Part shown: in pieces, positions 56,332-64,000 of the stretch
How the letters are laid out: each line of letters opens with the position of its first letter
Position numbering within the stretch: the stretch's first letter is position 1
Virus record (IMG/VR): IMGVR_UViG_3300046507_000599
Strand: one strand, 5' to 3'
DNA: 64,000 nt
From: an uncultured virus (IMG/VR IMGVR_UViG_3300046507_000599)
Lineage: Duplodnaviria; Heunggongvirae; Uroviricota; Caudoviricetes
Made by a program: the position numbers and the translations under genes
Notes under the pieces: model-generated
What the model was told of the DNA's origin: nothing
Database searches by the model: none
The model's input: only the letters and a program-made list of their open reading frames with translations

Positions 56332-57771
56332 GGTTGGACACGAAGCCGAGGCACTTGCTCGGCCGATTCTAGAAGGACGAATTGGCGAGGACCTGTTTCC
56401 CGTCGTCGGCACCGAAGGTGATCACTGGCATCCCTCGATGGCTGCACAATCCTCGGCGACGCACTGTTCGAACACAAAATGTGGAACGAGCAGCTCGCCG
56501 CCGAGGTTCACGCCGGCAACCTTGATGCGCACTACTACTGGCATCTCGAACAGCAGCTGCTGGTGAGCGGCGCCGAGAAGGTAATCTTCGTCTGCTCCGA
56601 CGGTACCGAAGAAAACTTCGTTTCGATGGAATACACGCCGGTGCCGGGCCGGACTGCAACACTCGTAGCAGGCTGGAAACAGTTCCAAGCCGACCTACTG
56701 GACTTCACTCCCGCCGAGGTCGTGCCGGAGGCCGTCGGCAAAACGCCGGAATCATTGCCAGCGCTGCGCATCGAAGTTACCGGCATGGTAACCGCCAGCA
56801 ACCTGGAGCAATTCAAAGCTCACTCCCTCGCTGTTTTCGGCTCGATCAACACCGAGCTGCAAACGGATCAGCACTTCGCCGACGCAGAAAAAGCGCTCAA
56901 GTGGTGCGGTGATGTCGAGGAGCGTCTGGAAGCTGCCAAGCAGCACGCGATGAGCCAAACCGAAAGCATCGACGCACTGTTCAAGACGATCGATGACATC
57001 GCGGCGGAGGCACGGCGCAAGCGCCTAGAGCTGAACAGTTTGGTAAAAGCCCGCAAGCTCAGCATCCGTGAAGACATCGTCATGGATGCGGCCAAGGCAC
57101 TGCAGGCCCACATTGACCAGATCAACGCTTCACTGGGCGGCAAAGCGCGTATGCCGGCGGTGCCTGCGGATTTCGCCGGAGCCATCAAAGGCAAGAAGAC
57201 GATCAGCAGCTTGCGCGACTCTGCCGACTCCGAACTGGCGCGAGCGAAGATCGCTGCAAGCCAAATCGGCGACAGCATCCGGAGTAACTTGGCCAGCCTG
57301 GACGAACTCGCCGCCGACTACCTTTTCCTCTTCAACGATACGCAGCAATTGGTGATGAAGGCGGACGACGACCTGATCGCGCTGATCAAGGTGCGTATTT
57401 CGGAACACCAGAAGGCGGAGGAGCAGAAAGCCGAAGCGCAGCGTGAACAGATCCGTCAGGAGGAGCTGATGCGAATCGAGGACGAGGCGAACCCCAACAC
57501 ACCGTTTGAGCCTGCGCCAGTCGCAAGCCCGGCGCCGGTGAGAGCCTCCTCACCGATTCAGCCTGCATCGAAGCCAGCGACCACAACCGCGGTGCCGGCG
57601 AACCTGCAAGCTGAGGTGTTCGATCTGGAAGAGCTGATCAAGGCAGTTGCCTACGGCCAGGCGCCTATCTCGGTACTGACCGTCAGCTGGGAAACCCTCG
57701 ACGCACTGGTCGCCGAACAAGGCGCCAAGTTCAGCATGGCGGGCGTGAGGCTGGTCAAGGTGGCCGCATGA
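56332..57771 (+). pseudogene. 5'-truncated, frameshifted YqaJ exonuclease
   Basis: Starts at GHEAEALARP with no N-terminus; frameshift near 56423 before LASLDG. Confidence 0.85.
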
Positions 57772-58010
57772 TCAGCCTGAACCTCAACGCAGTTCGTGAA
57801 AAGCAGACTGAGTCGGAACGGATCGCCGCTGCGATGGCTGACTTTTGGGCGCATCCCGGCGGCAGCTTCAAAGAGTTGCCGCCGGCTCGCATGAAGCCAA
57901 GGCCTGCGCGGCGGGACTGGGTAGATCCCGAAACGGTCCTCAAGCGGCGCCCGAAACCGATATCGGCCGCTGACCGCAGGGCTCTGCGCAAAATGGCGGA
58001 TGCGATATGA
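57768..58010 (+). CDS. Hypothetical early protein
   Basis: Homologue of 46418-46663. Confidence 0.75.
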   Translation: MISLNLNAVREKQTESERIAAAMADFWAHPGGSFKELPPARMKPRPARRDWVDPETVLKRRPKPISAADRRALRKMADAI

Positions 58011-58471
58011 AGTCGAAGCGCAAACCCAACAACGGTTTCGCCCGGGCTGAACGCAGTTGCCGGGCGCTGCTGCGTACCAACCACGTCGCGGTGGTGAACA
58101 TCGATCCCAGCGGCAGCCAGATCATGGCGAACTGGAAGAGCTGCCGACAGATCCGCAGTCTAGCGATCGCCAATGCAATCTTCGACTTCTCCTACCGCTG
58201 GACGATCTACATCGGCGCCATGTGTCGCGACGAGCGCGGCGCCGAGTACATCAAGTCGGTGGAGATCTCGCCCGAGGGCATCTTCAAGGTCGAGCACCTG
58301 ACCGATGCCATCGAACATTACTACCTGGAGCTGCGCAACAGCGCGAACCCGACCCATCTGATCGCATCAGGTTGGATCGCCATTCCCGACGAGATCTCGT
58401 TGGATGAAGCCCTGGCCGCAAAGCTGTTCTACGCCGCCGGCGCTTGGCATCAGGTGAAGGTTGCAGCGTGA
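58007..58471 (+). CDS. Hypothetical early protein
   Basis: Homologue of 46660-47124. Confidence 0.8.
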   Translation: MKSKRKPNNGFARAERSCRALLRTNHVAVVNIDPSGSQIMANWKSCRQIRSLAIANAIFDFSYRWTIYIGAMCRDERGAEYIKSVEISPEGIFKVEHLTDAIEHYYLELRNSANPTHLIASGWIAIPDEISLDEALAAKLFYAAGAWHQVKVAA

Positions 58472-58546
58472 GACGTTTTCGCACCCAACAACGCAAACGA
58501 CAGACCTGGCTGGACTTGCCGGCCAGCGGAATTGAAGAGGTAGGCC

Positions 58547-58930
58547 ATGGCCAAGGAAAAGGAACTGACGGAGGAAGCCAAGAAGCAGCGCAGGAAGCGC
58601 GAGAAGGCAGCAGCAAAGGACGCTGCATTGGGCGTCGAGAAGTTTACGGTTGAAGTGGCCGGCGTGTTCAAGCCAGACCTCAAGCGGGTCATGGCCGCCC
58701 ACGGTTTCAACAACCAGCAGGAGGTATATCAGAATCTGCTGCGGAACCTGATCGCCGCTGACTTCGAAACCCAGGCAAAGATGCTGAAATGTGTCACGAC
58801 ACCTTTTATTGTTACCGAAAAGGGGTTGCGACATCTGAGGGATGCCGGGCTGCGACAACTTGTGAAGAATCCTGGCGAACCGGAGGACGAAATCTTTGAA
58901 CAGAACATCAATAGTGAAGCTGACAAATAA
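58547..58930 (+). CDS. Hypothetical early protein
   Basis: Same RBS context as 47200. Confidence 0.75.
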   Translation: MAKEKELTEEAKKQRRKREKAAAKDAALGVEKFTVEVAGVFKPDLKRVMAAHGFNNQQEVYQNLLRNLIAADFETQAKMLKCVTTPFIVTEKGLRHLRDAGLRQLVKNPGEPEDEIFEQNINSEADK

Positions 58931-58953
58931 CAATCCGCGTATTGAACGATCTG

Positions 58954-59898
58954 TTATTCAGCCGCAAATATTATTCCTTCAATCATTTGGAGCGGTCTAT
59001 TTAAATCGAGTCGCCAACCACTTAAATTAGGAGCCCGCGATTGAGCTTCATACTTGACCAGGGTTTCCGAGCAAAAGTCAACAGCAGGCAGCACAGTATC
59101 AAAAACGCTATACATTGTTTTTAGTTCTTCGCCCCGCGTTTGAATTTTGCACTCACCAAAAATGCTCAACTTCCCAAAATTGTCGGACGCTTCTTGAAAT
59201 TCCTGAAAGACCCATTCCCTTTCACTGCGCAAAGAGCATTTGGCCACTGAGCCGTCCGACAACTTAAATTCCGCCATGTGCAACAAAAGACAAAATGAGA
59301 TGAGAATTTTCGATCTGTAAGCGTTCAGATCATGTTCATTAAATTGTATTTCAGTTTTTCTCAGCACCTCGAATAAATCATTCATAAACTCATCTGAACT
59401 GAATACTGGCTCAACCTTAATGAACCGCAACAAATAGACTATCAAATCAAGCTTTGCTTGACTAACGCCTTCCTTTATCATGCAGACATTTTTTACCTTA
59501 TCCTCTTTACATATATTATCAACAATAGACCCTAGCTTTTGAGCAGAACATTTCAGCTTATATTTTAAGTCTTCCTCAGAGCATTTTTTTACCTGATACC
59601 TTAGCAGCCTCTTAACATATAAGGGGAAACCTTTAATATCTAGAGATTGGCTACCGTCTGCCAGAAAGTCATTGAAAAATTTGAGACTAAGATAAAATGA
59701 GTCTATTGATTCATTTGTCAAACCGCGATCACGGGTATCTTTGTGAGCGACGAAATCCGCCGCTTCCCTGAACACCTTGTGATCTCCAGCGTACGCCCTC
59801 AATCGCATAAAAAGCATTTCGACATCAAGCTCATCAAAATTGCCGCTGGAAATTTTATCGATAGTTTTCTGAGCTTTGATTCTTTCAATTAGTTTCAA
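58954..59898 (-). CDS. Antisense moron, hypothetical
   Basis: AT-rich; GGAG RBS plus TTG start; FREAADFVAH motif. Confidence 0.75.
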   Translation of the reverse strand: MKLIERIKAQKTIDKISSGNFDELDVEMLFMRLRAYAGDHKVFREAADFVAHKDTRDRGLTNESIDSFYLSLKFFNDFLADGSQSLDIKGFPLYVKRLLRYQVKKCSEEDLKYKLKCSAQKLGSIVDNICKEDKVKNVCMIKEGVSQAKLDLIVYLLRFIKVEPVFSSDEFMNDLFEVLRKTEIQFNEHDLNAYRSKILISFCLLLHMAEFKLSDGSVAKCSLRSEREWVFQEFQEASDNFGKLSIFGECKIQTRGEELKTMYSVFDTVLPAVDFCSETLVKYEAQSRAPNLSGWRLDLNRPLQMIEGIIFAAE

Positions 59899-59999
59899 GA
59901 CTAACTCCAGCGTCTTTCTGATACGACACAAATACCCCCCTCCTACGAATCACGCCAGCCAACGGGGATCTTCGTTGCGAATCGAGTAATTTTCCGAAT

Positions 60000-60665
60000 T
60001 TACGAGCCCTTGGTGTCTTGTCGCTGGAACTTTTTCGAGAGTTTTGGAAACAACAATCCGCTACCAAACCCAAGATCATTTTTTGTATCAACCCAAGCAT
60101 GTTCAAGTTCTGCTCTCAGTAAGTCGCGATATTCTTTTATCTTTAGTAGAGGCTTTTCGGTTGGACTTTGGTATGCCACCTTAATTGCGATTCGATTGGC
60201 GTCACCACCAAATTTTATTATTTTTCTAGAGCGATCATCGTCTCGACTTAGAAGAAGATTAACTCTTGCTCGAAGCTGCGACATCCTAGAGCATGCTTTG
60301 TAGTATTCATCAGAACCTTTGAAGCCCGTCTGCTTCGAGTTCATATTGACAACGTAAGTCATCAAAGATATCAACTCCGCTGCCGCCTCTCTAAGCTCTG
60401 CCATCCAATGATGCCTAAAATTGCTTAAATTGCCCCGAATTTGGTTTTTCTGAACCCCGACCGTTAACCAAGCCACTAAGATTGCAACTACTACCCCAGC
60501 TCCAGCAGGGATAACGGTTGCCCAATCTGTGTCCGAATCCATATGTACATATATCGGTAATTCTTTCGAACCCACATGAACTTCATTGCCGACTTGCTTA
60601 CCCAGCACTTGCCCGTCATATTTGATATCAGCGGCGTTAAGTTCGAATGATTTAGGTAGATCCAT
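60000..60665 (-). CDS. Antisense moron, single-TM protein
   Basis: AT-rich; TM then FRHHW..ELR. Confidence 0.7.
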   Translation of the reverse strand: MDLPKSFELNAADIKYDGQVLGKQVGNEVHVGSKELPIYVHMDSDTDWATVIPAGAGVVVAILVAWLTVGVQKNQIRGNLSNFRHHWMAELREAAAELISLMTYVVNMNSKQTGFKGSDEYYKACSRMSQLRARVNLLLSRDDDRSRKIIKFGGDANRIAIKVAYQSPTEKPLLKIKEYRDLLRAELEHAWVDTKNDLGFGSGLLFPKLSKKFQRQDTKGS

Positions 60666-60702
60666 ATCGTAATCAGAGTCCAAATTTAAAAGGATATACC
60701 AT

Positions 60703-60807
60703 ATGGCCATCACTTACGGAAGCATCTGCTCCGGCATTGAGGCGGCAACACTTGCATGGAAGCCGCTCGGCATGCGCATGCGCATGCCCCGTTTCGACGG
60801 GATCTGA
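60703..60807 (+). pseudogene. N-terminal stub of a second C5-methyltransferase family
   Basis: MAITYGSICSGIEAATLAWKPLGM, then unrelated sequence and stop. Confidence 0.65.
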
Positions 60808-61055
60808 ATGGGCCTTCTCCTCCAAGAGAAGACCCAACGTATCAGCCAAATTTTACATCGCTACCGCCGATCATCCTGGCCAAAGCCGGAGCAATGCAGC
60901 AATCAACGCCAAAACTGCGATCAACACGTCAAGCCATTCACATACCTGCGCCATCCCACACCTCAATAGTTGTTTGGACTCCTTGCGTAGGGAGATGGCG
61001 AACGCGAACACATAAATTTATTCAACCGTTCGTAAAGGCCCGGAAAGGATCCCGC

Positions 61056-61979
61056 ATGCTCACAACAATTGACTTTTTTTCTGGTTTCGGCGGTTGGACG
61101 CGCGGCGGCAAGGACGCCGGGCTCAATGTCTTATGGGCTGCCAACCACTGGCCTGAGGCTGTTGAGTGGCACACCCGCAACAACCCGGAGACCATCCACG
61201 CTTGTCAGGATTTGCACCAGGCGAACTGGGCCGATGTGCCGAAGCACGACGTTATGCTCGCCTCACCATGCTGCCAAGGGCACACGAAGGCTCGCGGCAA
61301 AGCTGCCAGCAACCCTCAGCACGACAACTCGCGATCGACAACGTGGGCACCGGCGCAAAACGCGGAGGTCAACCGGCCGGAGTTCGCGGTGATCGAGAAC
61401 GTACCGGAGTTCATGGACTGGATTCTCTACCCCGCATGGGCTGACGCGATGCAGCGGCTTGGCTACGCACTGGCGCCGCACATCGTGGACTGCGCCGACC
61501 TCGGCGTGCCGCAGCACCGCGTGCGCTTGTTCATGGTGTGCTCGCGCAGCAAGGCGCCGTTGCACTTGCAACTCCCCGGCTACCGGCACGTGCCCGCCCG
61601 CGAGATTATCGACTTCGACGCCGGCAAGTGGTCGCCGATCAACAAGCCAGGCCGCGCCGCCTCGACGCTGATCCGGGTGAAGAATGGCAGCGAGCGCTTT
61701 GGCGATCGTTTCGTCATGCCCTACTACGGATCTGGCTCCGGCCTCACCGGCCGCAGTCTAGACCGCCCGATTGGCACCATCACAACGCTGGATCGCTGGG
61801 CGCTGGTTCGCGGCGATGAAATGCGGATGTTGTCGGCAAGCGAGGCGCTCGCAGCAATGTCGTTTCCCAAAGAGACCCTTCGTCCCGACAACCACCGACT
61901 GACCATGCACATGGCCGGCAACGCTGTGCCGCCGCTAGCTGGGCAGCGGATAATCGAAGCTCTATTCGAAGCAGCATGA
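61056..61979 (+). CDS. C5 cytosine DNA methyltransferase
   Basis: DFFSGFGG, SPCCQ, ENV, GNAV; paralogue of 50444. Confidence 0.92.
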   Translation: MLTTIDFFSGFGGWTRGGKDAGLNVLWAANHWPEAVEWHTRNNPETIHACQDLHQANWADVPKHDVMLASPCCQGHTKARGKAASNPQHDNSRSTTWAPAQNAEVNRPEFAVIENVPEFMDWILYPAWADAMQRLGYALAPHIVDCADLGVPQHRVRLFMVCSRSKAPLHLQLPGYRHVPAREIIDFDAGKWSPINKPGRAASTLIRVKNGSERFGDRFVMPYYGSGSGLTGRSLDRPIGTITTLDRWALVRGDEMRMLSASEALAAMSFPKETLRPDNHRLTMHMAGNAVPPLAGQRIIEALFEAA

Positions 61980-62319
61980 CGCAATAAATTATCGCGTAGA
62001 TATCAGTTGGTTCCGATTTGCATCAAACGTCGACAAGAGCGGTGCAGGATCGGAAATCCTGTTCATAGCTACCCAGGCTCGAGTGCGCTCCACATCTAAC
62101 GACTGCTTTAGCCCGGACATAGAATCGACCAGTGTTCTTGAAATCCGATATCGGCCGCAGTCCACACAATTGCGCTCATGCCAATCGCCACCAGACTCGT
62201 AGGTTACCGCGGACTCTTTGCAAATTAGGCAAGCCATCTATACCACTCCTTGTAAATGACACTTCAACTGTAGCTGATCCCTCAACAACCTCCACCGCCC
62301 GAGCATGCCCCGGCATAGG
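61773..62319 (+). repeat. ~547-bp near-identical copy of 51161-51707
   Basis: About 8 mismatches counted by eye. Confidence 0.9.
61989..62237 (-). CDS. Antisense moron, small zinc-ribbon protein
   Basis: Copy of 51377-51625. Confidence 0.7.
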   Translation of the reverse strand: MACLICKESAVTYESGGDWHERNCVDCGRYRISRTLVDSMSGLKQSLDVERTRAWVAMNRISDPAPLLSTFDANRNQLISTR

Positions 62320-62341
62320 ACGCCCCATACCCACAGAAAAG

Positions 62342-62926
62342 ATGAAGGCCTATCACGTTGGTGAAGGCTCCGAAGGTGAGCACATCATCACGTTCGCAAC
62401 CAACAGCGCCACGGCGCGCCGCGAGGGCGGCAATGAACTGAACCTGACCTTCGAAGAGGTGGAATTCTGCCGGCGCGCGCCTTGGGCTGACGAGTTTGTC
62501 GGTCAGCGGTTCATCCCGGCCAAGGCGTACCACGCCAATGGCTGGTGGCTGTACTGCAACAACTGTGGGACTGAGCTCTACGAGGATGCCGAAAACGATG
62601 ACGGCCATCCGCTCACGATCATCTACGACGGCCGGCACGCTTACTGCGATCAGGACTGCAAAGACTCGCGCGACAAGCTGATCGCCGATGCGAATGCCAA
62701 GGGCGAAGCCTTCAAGGCGAAGGTGCTGGCCGAGCGTCCGGACCTCACTTTCGACAACTTCAAAATCGGCTATCCGTGGATTGTCATGTCCGCCACGTTC
62801 AAATTTCCGGGCTGCCAGTACGGTGGGTCGGTCAACGACCAGGAGGACAGCGGCGATCTGACCTGGTACGTGGCCCAAGGCGACAAGGCGGCTTGGGACT
62901 TCTACCAGCAGGAGCGTGCAGCATGA
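62342..62926 (+). CDS. Hypothetical phage protein
   Basis: CRRAPWAD...GWW..CNNC. Confidence 0.7.
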   Translation: MKAYHVGEGSEGEHIITFATNSATARREGGNELNLTFEEVEFCRRAPWADEFVGQRFIPAKAYHANGWWLYCNNCGTELYEDAENDDGHPLTIIYDGRHAYCDQDCKDSRDKLIADANAKGEAFKAKVLAERPDLTFDNFKIGYPWIVMSATFKFPGCQYGGSVNDQEDSGDLTWYVAQGDKAAWDFYQQERAA

Positions 62927-63246
62927 AGCGCATCTACCTCAGCGGCCCTATGACTGGCCTGCCAGAACTGAACTTCCCCGCGTTCCACGCGATGACCACC
63001 CAGCTCCGCGCCGCCGGCCATGCTGTCACCAACCCGGCTGAGTTGAACCCCGACGGCGGAAGCTGGACCGACTGCATGCGCCGCGACATTGCCGCGCTGA
63101 TGGACTGCGACACCGTGGCGAGGCTTCCTGGCTGGCACACCTCGAAAGGCGCCCAGCTGGAAGTCCTGATCGCCGAACACCTCGGCATGACGGTTGTGAA
63201 TGCCCATGATCTGGTTTCGATGGAGATTGCACGATACGTGACATAA
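62923..63246 (+). CDS. DUF4406-like protein
   Basis: IYLSGPMTGLPELNFPAF, SKGAQLE. Confidence 0.85.
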   Translation: MKRIYLSGPMTGLPELNFPAFHAMTTQLRAAGHAVTNPAELNPDGGSWTDCMRRDIAALMDCDTVARLPGWHTSKGAQLEVLIAEHLGMTVVNAHDLVSMEIARYVT

Positions 63247-63308
63247 AAACGCCGCAAGGATTTAAATCCCTCGCGGCGCGAGTTGTTGATTGCCTATGAA
63301 TACTTTTG

Positions 63309-63824
63309 TTATGCGGAAAAGTAGTCAATTACTTCGGCAACTGTTTCTTTTGTCAGAACCGACTTATTCGGCCCAGAGCCTTTTTGTGCGCATTCAAACT
63401 TATAACTCGCCAATTTTGCATTTTCCGCCTCTTCAGTTAGGAGACGAAGATCTTCTTCTAAGAGCTGAGTCGCATCACCGCTGCGCACTAATGACCTCTC
63501 GGGCATACCAGTGAAACGTGGAAGAACTCGAACATCGTTCTTCTTGCTGTCAATCAATACGCCAAACCCATGATAGACGCCAATATAGCGTTCTTCAGCG
63601 CTAGGCAAGACGAGTGCTATTTTTAAGTCTTTGTATTGACCCTCTGCACCGGCGGCTGTTTTGGTAACTACGAAATCATTAACCTCTAAGTAACTCATAA
63701 AGTTACTCAGCACTTCTTCATTGATTTGATTTCGAAAACCTTCGTGCAACTCTCCAACCTTCTTAGCAGCAGAGTCCACTTGCTCCCGCACTTCAGCCAA
63801 TTTTTTTGCTTGCTGTAACGACAT
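63309..63824 (-). CDS. Antisense moron, hypothetical
   Basis: GGAG RBS; AT-richer than flanking genes. Confidence 0.7.
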   Translation of the reverse strand: MSLQQAKKLAEVREQVDSAAKKVGELHEGFRNQINEEVLSNFMSYLEVNDFVVTKTAAGAEGQYKDLKIALVLPSAEERYIGVYHGFGVLIDSKKNDVRVLPRFTGMPERSLVRSGDATQLLEEDLRLLTEEAENAKLASYKFECAQKGSGPNKSVLTKETVAEVIDYFSA

Positions 63825-64000
63825 GCTCTGTTCTCCGTGATGAACGCGCGCCAATCATAATGGCTATCTGATTCTGCACCATTCACCGACCCAAACCAAC
63901 CTACCAGCCTGCCGGTGTACGGCGGGCGAGGATTCGTATGTCTGATCAAAAACACCAACTGCGCGAAGTGGCTATCGAATCGATCTCGGATATCGCCCAA

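Larger units (their letters stand above)
56170..64000. mobile_element. Second, deleted prophage remnant (continues beyond window)
   Basis: Left-end sequence homologous to 86-262 fused directly to mid-yqaJ, then homologues of the early operon. Confidence 0.88.

Noticed and set aside
1..64000. IS elements or transposases
   Set aside because: No DDE, HUH or serine transposase ORF recognised

Overview
The window is a complete-looking ~56 kb lambdoid (siphovirus-type) prophage integrated in a tRNA-Ser(TGA) gene. The host is probably Pseudomonas, inferred from gene families and SOS-box style. The prophage is bounded by a 61-bp att direct repeat (18-78 and 56109-56169). Left to right it carries: an accessory left end with an SOS-boxed SRAP operon; endolysin and Rz/Rz1; tail, head and terminase genes; holin, Q and nin genes; O/P-like replication genes with iterons; the cII-cro-cI switch; a rex-position insert holding a RosmerTA-like pair; and the pL early operon (Bet/YqaJ, NinC-like protein, two DNA methyltransferases, xis, int). 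Right after attR begins a second, related but heavily deleted prophage remnant (56170 to the window end). Both elements are packed with AT-richer moron genes. The strongest candidates for new biology are: a membrane-anchored exonuclease VII large-subunit-like moron; ~34-bp-period palindromic arrays bracketing a small gene at the left end; a repeated pattern of antisense morons docked at conserved leader modules in both early operons; and structured non-coding RNAs in the pL transcript. All calls were made by eye from the sequence and the ORF track; no searches were run.
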